A DNA stretch of 64,000 nucleotides from Chloroflexia bacterium (GTDB lineage: Bacteria > Chloroflexota > Chloroflexia > QHBQ01 > JAICKM01): NCBI GenBank assembly GCA_050998805.1, contig JBPCPV010000050.1:20165-84164 (forward strand). Direction: 5' to 3'. Numbering within the stretch: the stretch's first letter is position 1; the number at the start of each line of letters is the position of its first letter. Positions 49,292-58,076 of this stretch are shown piece by piece. A model generated the notes under the pieces. That model saw only the letters and a program-made list of their open reading frames with translations. It was not told the origin of the DNA and ran no database searches. Both the position numbers and the translations under genes were made by a program.

Positions 49292-49531
49292 ATGGAGTCC
49301 ACCATGACCGAAGTAACGCTGGAAGAAGCACAAACGCACCTGGCCGACCTGATCGCGGCGGTCCGCCGAGGTGAGACTGTGTACATCGTGGGTGACGAGC
49401 AGGATTTGGTTCAACTGGTGCCGGTCAGCGGGGCAGACAACTATCTCCAGTTCGGCAGCGCGCGGGGTTTGATCAGGATGGCGGAGGATTTCGACGCTCC
49501 GCTCGAAGATTTCCAAGAGTACATGGCGTGA
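49292..49531 (+). CDS. Phd/YefM-family antitoxin-like protein
   Basis: VTLEEAQTHLADLIAAVRRGETVYIV...LVPV matches the Phd/YefM N-terminal fold pattern. tagaat -10 at 49274-49279. Confidence 0.5.
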   Translation: MESTMTEVTLEEAQTHLADLIAAVRRGETVYIVGDEQDLVQLVPVSGADNYLQFGSARGLIRMAEDFDAPLEDFQEYMA

Positions 49532-49553
49532 AGTTCCTGTAGGAGATTACCTC

Positions 49554-49970
49554 ATGGAATTGAACTACTTCCAGACCCTCATCGCGGTGGCCGAGGATTG
49601 CCCGGTTGCCGAGAGTGTGGTGCCGGTGGAACGTGGCGCGAAGAAGACGGTCGCGGCGCTCCAGTACGAGATGCTCGCGGATAGTCCGTATGTCCACACG
49701 CAGGAAGACGTGCTGTTCAACACCTGGCTCGCGCGGCAGGAGATACCGGAGAAGTCCGACGCCGAGGGCGCAGAGATGCGCGCCGAGTTCTTTGCTAAGT
49801 CGCAAGCGTGCTTACGGGCCTCGCCGCTGCCGAAGAAGTACGGCTGGGGCCTGCTCTTCGACGAAGCAGGCAGGGTTGCACTCTGCCCGATGGAGTCGAA
49901 GGAATACAAGCAACTCCTCTTCGGCGGCACCGTAAGGGTGCTCAAGGCCATGCGCTCAAGCCGAATCTAA
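49554..49970 (+). CDS. hypothetical protein (138 aa), candidate non-canonical toxin partner of the Phd-like gene; lower GC
   Basis: Follows the antitoxin-like gene after 22 nt. No recognisable toxin motif. Confidence 0.35.
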   Translation: MELNYFQTLIAVAEDCPVAESVVPVERGAKKTVAALQYEMLADSPYVHTQEDVLFNTWLARQEIPEKSDAEGAEMRAEFFAKSQACLRASPLPKKYGWGLLFDEAGRVALCPMESKEYKQLLFGGTVRVLKAMRSSRI

Positions 49971-50483
49971 CACCCGCGCCTACTCCATTCGGAGTATCTT
50001 TGCCCCCAAGCCCGCCGGAACCCCCCAAATCTGGCAGTAAACGACCCCTGAAATGGATATTAAAAGTGAGAGGGTAAAATTAGCGCGGCCAAAACGCCCT
50101 ACTGCGTGCCTAAAAGAGCAGTCACCCGGCCCCGCATCCACAAGGTTCCCGGTCGCTTTTCGCCGGTTTCCCAAAAATACTCCGATCGGAGTATCCGTCA
50201 GCATCGTACCCAGCCGCACAGGGAGGATCAACATGTACACCTCAACCCGTACCGCACTCCGCACTCCGCACCGATAACACTTTGCCCGCTTCGTGCCTGG
50301 ATCGCCGTTTTTCGTCTATCGAATCGACGTCTAGGCACGAATTATCGGAATTATCGACTTTCGGGAGGGGTAGCCCACGTAAGGCCGTGCCTGGAACCGG
50401 CTCCTCACGAGCAAAAGAGGCCCTTTTTTGATCGGCTTCCACCAACTCTTATCAGTTTTGCCCAACGCACTACGCACTACGCG

Positions 50484-51659
50484 CTAGTCCATCCAGTGGC
50501 CGGAGGCCCAGAAGTAGGCGGTGGCTGCGAGCAGGGCGGACGACGCGAGGAGCCAGCCAGCCTCTAGCGGGCGGCGAGGGGTGAGCAGGCGAGCGCCTAC
50601 GAGGAACGCCGGCCAGAGCGGGAGCAGGTAGCGCGCCGCGCCGATCGTCGTACCGAGGCTCAACGGGAAGAGCAGGCCGAGCACGAGCCAGGTCAGCTCG
50701 GAGGGCCTCAGCAGCCGCTTGACGCCCGCGAAGACGGCGATCCCCGCGAAGAGCACGGTGAAGGCGAGATCCTGGTACATATAGAGGCGTTGGCCGCCGC
50801 CGAGCATGAACACAGGGTCGGTCGCGGGCGTGGTCGTCCCCCACGACGCAAGCAGCCGGCCCAGCGAGTCGAGCCAGACCTGGGGTGGGAAGCTCGAAGT
50901 GTGCAGCCAACCCTGCTGCTCGGCCTGCAAAAAGGCCAGGGGGTTGCCGAACGCGGCCTGCAAGTACGCCATGTAGGCCAGGAGCGGCAACGGCACCAGC
51001 AGCAGCCACCAGTATCTCAGCACATGCCCGCGCGGTTGCGTGGTGAAGTACTCCACCAGCAGCACCAAGCCGAGGAGGACGCCGACCCAGCGGGTGACGC
51101 CGGCCAGCCCCGCCAGCACGGCGGCTAAGGCCCACCGCTCCTGGCGCGCCAGCCAGAAGACGCCGACGACCATCAGCAGGAAGAGCGACTCGGTGTAGAT
51201 CGCCGACCAGAAGAGGCCGGTGGGGAAGATGGCGATCAGCAGCAAAGTGCGGTCGGCGATGGGGGCGGGGTGGTCGAGCCGCACCAGCCGCCAGAGCAGG
51301 AGCAGCGCGGCGAAAAACGCGAGGTTGCTCACCAGCAGGCCGACCAGCGCGAAGTTGCCGAAGCCTGGGACGCCGATATACAGGCGGAGCAGGTCGAGCA
51401 GCCCGGTGAGGCCGCGAAGCAATAGGGGATAGGCGGGGCAGAAGGCGAGGTCGGAGCCGGTCTGGGGCGTCCAGGCGTAGTAGCCGTGTGAGACCACCTG
51501 CCAGTACCAGCTGCCGTCCCACATCATCGCGCCTTCGACCAGCAGCCCCTTGTTGCGTACCGGCTCCGACGCGACAAGCTGACCGATCCCGACCCACGCC
51601 CCCGCCAGCGCGATCACCCGCGAGACGATGAAGGTGAAGAGCGCGGACCTTACTCCCAC
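50484..51659 (-). CDS. polytopic membrane mannosyltransferase, PIG-V/GT76-like
   Basis: [14 protein letters not shown] matches the WDxxxYxxIAxxGY signature. About 9 TM helices. Confidence 0.5.
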   Translation of the reverse strand: MGVRSALFTFIVSRVIALAGAWVGIGQLVASEPVRNKGLLVEGAMMWDGSWYWQVVSHGYYAWTPQTGSDLAFCPAYPLLLRGLTGLLDLLRLYIGVPGFGNFALVGLLVSNLAFFAALLLLWRLVRLDHPAPIADRTLLLIAIFPTGLFWSAIYTESLFLLMVVGVFWLARQERWALAAVLAGLAGVTRWVGVLLGLVLLVEYFTTQPRGHVLRYWWLLLVPLPLLAYMAYLQAAFGNPLAFLQAEQQGWLHTSSFPPQVWLDSLGRLLASWGTTTPATDPVFMLGGGQRLYMYQDLAFTVLFAGIAVFAGVKRLLRPSELTWLVLGLLFPLSLGTTIGAARYLLPLWPAFLVGARLLTPRRPLEAGWLLASSALLAATAYFWASGHWMD

Positions 51660-53245
51660 TCGATAGTGGCGGGGGGCTTGCTGGTGATGTCATAGACGAC
51701 ACGGTTCACGCCGGGCACCTCGTTGACGATGCGGTTGCTGATGCGCGCCAGCACGTCGTAGGGCACCCGCGCCCAGTCTGCAGTCATGCCGTCCACGCTG
51801 GTGACGGCGCGGATCGCTATCGCGTGGCCGTAGGTGCGGAAGTCGCCCATGACGCCGACGCTCTGCACGTTGGTGAGCACGGCGAACGACTGCCAGATTT
51901 CGCGCTCCAGGCTGGCGACGCGCAGTTCCTCGCGCATGATCGCGTCCGCCCGGCGGAGCGTCGCCAGCCCCTCTGCCGTGACCGGGCCGAGTATCCGCAC
52001 CGCAAGGCCCGGCCCAGGGAAGGGCTGCCGCCAGACGATCTCATCGGGCAGGCCGAGTTGCGCGCCGACCGCCCGCGCCTCGTCCTTGAAGAGGTAGCGC
52101 AGCGGCTCGATCAGCTTGAAGCGCATGTCGGCAGGCAGCCCGCCGACGTTGTGGTGGGTCTTAATCTTCACCGCGGCCTTGCGCTCCGGCGCGGAGCTTT
52201 CGATCACATCGGGGTAGAGCGTGCCCTGCGCTAGGAAGCTGACCGGGCCGATCCCGGCCGCCGCCTCCTCGAACACCCGGATAAACTCGGCCCCGATCCG
52301 CACCCGCTTCTCCTCGGGGTCGCTGATGCCTGCGAGCCGGTCGAGGAAGCGGGCGGATGCGTCTACGATGCGGAGGTCAACCTGCATGTGGCGGCCAAAG
52401 GTCTCCATCACCTGGTCGGCCTCGCCCTCGCGCAGCAGGCCGGTATCCACGAAGATGCAGGTGAGCTGATCGCCGATGGCCTTATGGAGCAGCGCGGCGA
52501 CAACCGCCGAGTCGACGCCGCCGCTGAGGCCGCAGATCACCCGCCCTGTGCCGACAGTGGCGCGGATGCTCTCGACGGCCTCCTCGATGAAGGACGCCGG
52601 CGACCAGTCGGCGCGGAGGCCGGCGACGCCGAACAGGAAGTTGGAGAGCAGCCGCGCCCCCTGCGGGGTGTGGACCACCTCGGGGTGGAACTGTATGCCG
52701 TAGATCGGCACGCCGTCCGCCGCATCGCGCCCAAGCGCGGCGAAGGGGGCGTTGCCGCTCACGGCCAGGACGCGGAAGCCCTCCGGCGGGGCCTCGATGC
52801 TGTCGCCGTGGCTCATCCAGGCGGGGAACGCATCGGGCAGCCCCGCCAGCAGGGGCGACTCGCGGCCGGCGTCGGTCTGCTCGACCTCGGCAGGTCCGTA
52901 CTCCCGCCTGACGAAGGGCGCGACCCGCCCGCCGAGGTGGTGCGCGAGGAGTTGCAGGCCGTAGCAGATGCCGAGCACGGGCACCCCGTCCCCCAGCACG
53001 TAATCGGGCAGCCAGGGCGCGCCCTCCTCGTAGACGCTCGCGGGGCTGCCGGAGAGGATGTAGGCGCGCGGGTGGAGCGCCGCAGCCCTCTCGGCTGGGG
53101 CGTCGTAGGGCAGCAGCTCGCAGTAGACCCCGGCCTCGCGCACCCGCCGCACGATCAGCTGGCTCGTCTGGGAGCCATAATCGAGCACGACCACGGTATC
53201 GTGGCCGGTGGGGTGGGGCGCGGCGCTCTCAGATGTCGGCGGCAT
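51650..53245 (-). CDS. guaA: GMP synthase (glutamine-hydrolysing)
   Basis: GATase1 CYGLQ nucleophile motif, [10 protein letters not shown]-loop, and the conserved C-terminal dimerisation domain. Confidence 0.85.
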   Translation of the reverse strand: MPPTSESAAPHPTGHDTVVVLDYGSQTSQLIVRRVREAGVYCELLPYDAPAERAAALHPRAYILSGSPASVYEEGAPWLPDYVLGDGVPVLGICYGLQLLAHHLGGRVAPFVRREYGPAEVEQTDAGRESPLLAGLPDAFPAWMSHGDSIEAPPEGFRVLAVSGNAPFAALGRDAADGVPIYGIQFHPEVVHTPQGARLLSNFLFGVAGLRADWSPASFIEEAVESIRATVGTGRVICGLSGGVDSAVVAALLHKAIGDQLTCIFVDTGLLREGEADQVMETFGRHMQVDLRIVDASARFLDRLAGISDPEEKRVRIGAEFIRVFEEAAAGIGPVSFLAQGTLYPDVIESSAPERKAAVKIKTHHNVGGLPADMRFKLIEPLRYLFKDEARAVGAQLGLPDEIVWRQPFPGPGLAVRILGPVTAEGLATLRRADAIMREELRVASLEREIWQSFAVLTNVQSVGVMGDFRTYGHAIAIRAVTSVDGMTADWARVPYDVLARISNRIVNEVPGVNRVVYDITSKPPATIEWE

Positions 53246-53293
53246 TAGACCCTTCCTTTGATTGCGGAGTGCGGAGTTGCGCTTACAACCGCA

Positions 53294-55609
53294 TTATACC
53301 ACATGGCCCGCCGGCGCGAGGGGCCACGAAGCCGCAGCTGCGCCCGCCTCCCGCATCGCAGGCAGGTAGAACTCCTCGGTGTAGTCCTTGAGCATCCGTC
53401 GCGTGCTGAAGACCGGCGCGAGGCTGATGATCGCCTCCTTCATCATCTCGATCCAGCCGAGGGGCACGCCCGCGCCGTCCCGGTCGTAGAACAGCGGCAC
53501 CACCGACCCTTCGAGCAGCGTGTAGAGGGATTGCGCGTCGTGCCAATCCTGCTCGTCCTGGTTCGCGTACTCCGGCCCCTCGCCGACGGCCCAGCCGTTC
53601 TTGCCGTTGTAGCCCTCGGCCCACCAGCCGTCGAGTATGCTGAGGTTCAGCATGCCGTTGAGCGCGGCCTTCTCGCCGCTCGTGCCGCTCGCCTCGTAGG
53701 GCCTGCGGGGAGTGTTCATCCAGACATCGGCCCCGTGGACCATGTAGCGGGCCACGTTCATGTCGTAATCCTCGATGAACAGGATCTTGCCGTTGAAGCC
53801 CGGCTCCTGCGAGAGCAGGTAGACCTGCTGGATAAACTGCTTGCCTGGCACGTCGGCGGGGTGGGACTTGCCGGCGAATATGATCTGCACCGGGCGGGCG
53901 GGGTTGTTGAGCAGCGCCTTCAGCCGCGCGCGGTCGTTGAAGATCATCGTCGCCCGCTTGTATGTGGCGAAGCGCCGCGCGAAGCCGAGCGTCAGCACCT
54001 CGGGGTCGAGCACAGGCCAGAGCGAGGGGGTCTCGTTCAAGCGGGCGTAGCGGGCCTCGGCGCGCCGCCGCGCGAAGGCGATCAGGCCGTGGCGCAGGTA
54101 GGTGTGGATCGCCCAGAGTTCCTCGGCGGGGGCCGAGCGGAGTGGTTTCCAGGTCGCCGGGTCGTCGAGGCGGCTGTACCAGTCAGGGCCGAGGTGCTTG
54201 GCGTAGAACGCGCCCAGCTTCGACGCGAGCCACGTCGCGGTATGCACGCCGTTCGTGATCGCCGTGATCGGCACCTCGTCGGTCGGCCTGTCGGGCCAGA
54301 GCCAGTGCCACATGTTGCGCGAGACCCCGCCGTGGATCTTGCTCACCCCGTTGTGCCGGTCCGAGCCGGCCATACCGAGCACGGTCATGCTGAACGTCGG
54401 CCCCCACTCGTTGTCCTGCTTGGCGAAGCGCATGAACTCCTCGCGCGTCAGGCCGAGCTGCGGCCAGTATGCGCTGAAATACTTGTCCATCAGGTCGGGC
54501 GGGAAGGCGTCGTTGCCGGCGCTGACCGGAGTATGCGTGGTGAAGACTCCGCCGGCCGAGACCTCCCGCCGCGCCTCCTCGAACGACAGCCCTCTCTCCA
54601 TCTTCTCGCGGATCAGCTCGAGCACCAGGAAGGCCGAGTGCCCCTCGTTCATGTGGAAGACCGACGGCTCGATGCCAAGCGTCCGCAGCGCCCTGATCCC
54701 CCCGATGCCGAGCACGATCTCCTGGGCGACGCGCATCTCCTGGTCGCCCCCATAGAGCCGCGCCGAGAGCGTGCGGTCGCTCGGCGCGTTCGGGTGTATG
54801 TCGGTGTCCATCATATAGACCGGCACGCGCCCGACCTGGATGCGGTAGACCTTCGCGTAGATCGCCCGCCCCGGCAGGTCCACCGAGACAACCACCTCGC
54901 GGCCCCCCGGCGTCATCGCGGGCATGGCGGGCACATCCGCGAAGTTCATCTTTTCGTAGACGGCTTCCTGCCAGCCGTTCGTGTCGAGCAGCTGCCTGAA
55001 ATAGCCCTGCGGGTAAAGGAACCCGATGCCGACGAGCGGCAGGCCCATGTCGCTCGCCTCCTTCGTGTGGTCGCCCGACAGCACGCCGAGGCCGCCAGAA
55101 TAGATCGGCAGCGACTCGTGCAGCCCGAACTCGAACGAGAAGTAGGCGACGGTCTGCGGGTCTTCGCCATGATGCGTACTGAACCAGGTCTCAGCGGGGT
55201 TCATATAGGCGTCGAACTCAGCCAGGATGGCATCGTAGCGTTCGAGGTAGGCCGGTTCGTTCGCCGCCGCCTCGAGCCGGTCCTGCCGCACCTCGCGCAG
55301 GAACTTCACGGGGTTGTGATAGACCTCGTTCCAGAGCGAGTGGTCTATGTCGCTGAACAGGTGGCGGGCCTCGCCGTGCCATGTCCACCAGAGGTTGTAC
55401 GCGAGTTCAAGCAGACGGCCAATACGCGGCGGGATCGGGGTTATGTGCGACGGGCAAGCGAATTCGGTCAACGAGATGGTCCTCCTGAAGGGTGTTTGGC
55501 GTGTTGGCGTGTTGCGCCCGCATTTTAACCTATCAGTCGGGCCGTGTCGAGTCGGAGGATTTGGGGTGAGGTAATACGGACGGCCGTACTCTTGACGGGT
55601 GTTGTACAC
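53294..55609 (-). CDS. alpha-glucan (glycogen/maltodextrin) phosphorylase, GT35, short bacterial type
   Basis: GGLGVLSGDHTKEASDMGLPLVGIGFLY and NGVSKIHG motifs. Confidence 0.8.
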   Translation of the reverse strand: MYNTRQEYGRPYYLTPNPPTRHGPTDRLKCGRNTPTRQTPFRRTISLTEFACPSHITPIPPRIGRLLELAYNLWWTWHGEARHLFSDIDHSLWNEVYHNPVKFLREVRQDRLEAAANEPAYLERYDAILAEFDAYMNPAETWFSTHHGEDPQTVAYFSFEFGLHESLPIYSGGLGVLSGDHTKEASDMGLPLVGIGFLYPQGYFRQLLDTNGWQEAVYEKMNFADVPAMPAMTPGGREVVVSVDLPGRAIYAKVYRIQVGRVPVYMMDTDIHPNAPSDRTLSARLYGGDQEMRVAQEIVLGIGGIRALRTLGIEPSVFHMNEGHSAFLVLELIREKMERGLSFEEARREVSAGGVFTTHTPVSAGNDAFPPDLMDKYFSAYWPQLGLTREEFMRFAKQDNEWGPTFSMTVLGMAGSDRHNGVSKIHGGVSRNMWHWLWPDRPTDEVPITAITNGVHTATWLASKLGAFYAKHLGPDWYSRLDDPATWKPLRSAPAEELWAIHTYLRHGLIAFARRRAEARYARLNETPSLWPVLDPEVLTLGFARRFATYKRATMIFNDRARLKALLNNPARPVQIIFAGKSHPADVPGKQFIQQVYLLSQEPGFNGKILFIEDYDMNVARYMVHGADVWMNTPRRPYEASGTSGEKAALNGMLNLSILDGWWAEGYNGKNGWAVGEGPEYANQDEQDWHDAQSLYTLLEGSVVPLFYDRDGAGVPLGWIEMMKEAIISLAPVFSTRRMLKDYTEEFYLPAMREAGAAAASWPLAPAGHVV

Positions 55610-55834
55610 TACGGCTAGGCCGCTACCCAGACCGGTGGGTGCAGCCCGCCAACGGATTTAGGAAGCGGGTTAAACGGATTTCCCCTTCTTAAATCCGTTG
55701 GCGGGCCGCTCAGGGCACCGAACCTGTCGAATTCGCCGTACCTCGTTCGACGTATTAGTAGAGGGTTTTTACAGGATCGGATCCGCCGTGGGTCCGGTTC
55801 CAACCCCAACACAGAATCATAAGGAGGTACAGCG

Positions 55835-56260
55835 ATGCGGTTCATGGTTATAGTGCCCGCCAACAAGGAGTCCGAAGCCGGGATTCTCCCGGACGAGAAG
55901 CTCCTCGCCGAGATGGACAAGTTCAACGAGGAGCTGATGAAGGCCGGCGTGATGCTCGTGGGCGAGGGGCTGCACGACAGCTCGAAGGGCGCGCGCATCG
56001 AGTTCTCGGGCGGCAAGACCAGGGTGATTGATGGGCCTTTCACCGAGTCGAAGGAGTTGATCGCCGGCTTCTGGCTCATCCAGGCGAAGTCGAAGGAAGA
56101 AGCGATCGAGTGGATGAAGCGCGCACCCTTCGGGGGCGGCACGGTGCTCGAGATCCGGCAGGTGTTCGAGACGGAAGACTTCGGCCCCGCGCTCACCCCC
56201 GAACTCAGAGAGAAGGAAGAAGCCCTGCGCGCCCAGGCAGAAGCGAACAAGACGCGATAG
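55835..56260 (+). CDS. YciI-like (DGPF-domain) protein
   Basis: MRFMVIV...DGPFTESKELIAGFWLIQAKSKEEA pattern. Confidence 0.6.
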   Translation: MRFMVIVPANKESEAGILPDEKLLAEMDKFNEELMKAGVMLVGEGLHDSSKGARIEFSGGKTRVIDGPFTESKELIAGFWLIQAKSKEEAIEWMKRAPFGGGTVLEIRQVFETEDFGPALTPELREKEEALRAQAEANKTR

Positions 56261-56271
56261 TAGGAGGCTCC

Positions 56272-56745
56272 ATGCAAAAGATCACCACCTTCTTAATGTT
56301 CAACGACCAAGCAGAAGAGGCTGTGAACCTCTATGTCTCCATCTTTGGAAACTCAAAGATCACGGATCTCAACCGCTACGGGGAAGGAGGGCCGCTTCCT
56401 GCCGGAACAGTAATCGGCGGGTCATTCGTGCTCGAGGGGCAGGAGTTCATAGCGTTCAACGGAGGGCCGCATTTCAGCTTCGCCGAGGGCATTTCGCTCT
56501 ACGTGAACTGCGAGACGCAGGAAGAAGTAGACGACCTGTGGGAGAAGCTCTCGGAAGGCGGCGAGAAAGGGCGATGCGGCTGGCTGAAAGATAAGTTCGG
56601 GGTGTCATGGCAGATCGTTCCGAGCGCCCTGCCTCAGCTGTTGGGTGACGAAGACCCCCGAAAGTCAGCCAACGTCTTGCAGGCGATGATGCAGATGTCA
56701 AAAATCGACATCGAAGCCTTAAGGCGAGCCTATGAGCAGGAGTGA
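56272..56745 (+). CDS. VOC/glyoxalase-superfamily protein (PhnB/3-demethylubiquinone methyltransferase-like domain)
   Basis: ITTFLMFNDQAEEAVNLYVSIF...FGVSWQIVP pattern. GGAGG RBS. Confidence 0.55.
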   Translation: MQKITTFLMFNDQAEEAVNLYVSIFGNSKITDLNRYGEGGPLPAGTVIGGSFVLEGQEFIAFNGGPHFSFAEGISLYVNCETQEEVDDLWEKLSEGGEKGRCGWLKDKFGVSWQIVPSALPQLLGDEDPRKSANVLQAMMQMSKIDIEALRRAYEQE

Positions 56746-56757
56746 CCCAGGGCGGGT

Positions 56758-58062
56758 GTGATCGCAATGGCCCCCTCCGACACTCATCGCGCCATAGAGG
56801 CAATCTGGCGGATCGACTCGGCGAAGCTCATCGCCGGACTGGCGCGGATCGTGCGCGATGTCGGCCTGGCCGAGGACCTGGCACAGGACGCGCTTGTTAT
56901 CGCGCTGGAGCGGTGGCCTGAGACGGGCATCCCGGACAACCCAGGCGCCTGGCTCATGGCCACCGCGAAACACCGCGCGATTGACCGGCTGCGCCGGATC
57001 AAGATGTCGGAGCGCAAGCATGAAGAGCTAGGCCGCGAGCTAGAGCTTCGGCAAGACCTGACCGAGGCCGATTTCGAGGCCGTGCTCGAGGAAGACGACG
57101 ACCTCGGCGACGACCTCCTACGCCTCATCTTCACGGCCTGCCATCCTGTGCTCTCGACAGAGGCGTGCGTCGCGCTCTCGCTTCGACTGCTCGGAGGGCT
57201 GACCACCCAGGAGATAGCGCGCGCCTTTCTTGTGCCGGAAGCAACCGTCGCTCAACGGATCGTGCGTGCCAAGCGGACGCTCGCCGAGGCCCGCGTTCCC
57301 TTCGAGGTACCGCGCGGAGCCGAGCGCGCGGCGCGTCTGTCGTCGGTGCTCGAGGTGATCTATCTCATCTTCAACGAGGGCTACTCGGCGACCGCCGGTG
57401 CCGACTGGACGAGGCCGGCGCTCTGCGAGGACGCGCTCCGTCTTGGCCGTATCCTGGCTGGGCTTGTCCCGGACGAGGCCGAAGTCCACGGCCTCGTGGC
57501 GCTAATGGAACTCCAGGCGTCGCGCATACGGGCGCGGGTCGGGCCGTCTGGGGAGCCCATCCTGCTCATGGAGCAAAACCGCGCTCGCTGGGATCAGCTC
57601 CTGATCCGTCGCGGGCGAGCGGCGCTCGAGCGCGCGCAGAGTCTCGGCGGTGAACCCGGTCCATATGCGTTGCAGGCCGCGATCGCTGCCTGTCACGCGA
57701 GAGCGCGCACTCCGGAGGAGACGGACTGGGCGCGGATCGCGGCGCTCTATGATGCGCTTGCCCAGCTTGCCCCGTCGCCCGTCGTTGAACTGAACCGGGC
57801 TGTCGCGCTCTCGATGGCGTATGGCCCGGCGACGGGGCTGGCGCTCGTGGATGCGCTGGCTTCGGAGCCTTCGCTAAAGTCCTACCACCTCCTGCCAAGC
57901 GTGCGCGGCGATCTCCTCGCCAAACTGGGGCGCTACTCCGAGGCCCGCGCGGAGTTCGAGCGCGCGGCGGCGCTCACCGGCAACACCCGCGAGCGTGAGT
58001 TGCTCCTTGAGCGTGCCCGAACGGCGAGCGCCCAGCCAGCAGATTTGGACCAGCCTCGGTAG
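56758..58062 (+). CDS. ECF-type RNA polymerase sigma factor with a long C-terminal extension (the type that co-occurs with YciI/VOC genes)
   Basis: Sigma-70 region 2 (DLAQDALVIALERW) and region 4 (LTTQEIARAFLVPEATVAQRIVRAKRTL), plus a ~250-aa C-terminal domain. Confidence 0.7.
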   Translation: MIAMAPSDTHRAIEAIWRIDSAKLIAGLARIVRDVGLAEDLAQDALVIALERWPETGIPDNPGAWLMATAKHRAIDRLRRIKMSERKHEELGRELELRQDLTEADFEAVLEEDDDLGDDLLRLIFTACHPVLSTEACVALSLRLLGGLTTQEIARAFLVPEATVAQRIVRAKRTLAEARVPFEVPRGAERAARLSSVLEVIYLIFNEGYSATAGADWTRPALCEDALRLGRILAGLVPDEAEVHGLVALMELQASRIRARVGPSGEPILLMEQNRARWDQLLIRRGRAALERAQSLGGEPGPYALQAAIAACHARARTPEETDWARIAALYDALAQLAPSPVVELNRAVALSMAYGPATGLALVDALASEPSLKSYHLLPSVRGDLLAKLGRYSEARAEFERAAALTGNTRERELLLERARTASAQPADLDQPR

Positions 58063-58076
58063 ACAGCGCGCCTCGA

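Noticed and set aside
50106-50567. 153-aa ORF across the 49971-50483 spacer
   Set aside because: It is extremely basic (R/P/H-rich). It spans repeat modules and runs into the antisense of the PIG-V-like gene. It is more likely non-coding.
53258-55528. 756-aa plus-strand ORF opposite the alpha-glucan phosphorylase
   Set aside because: It is antisense to a gene with strong GT35 motifs. Its translation is R/V/A/G-rich with no motif, as expected for a spurious open frame in high-GC DNA.
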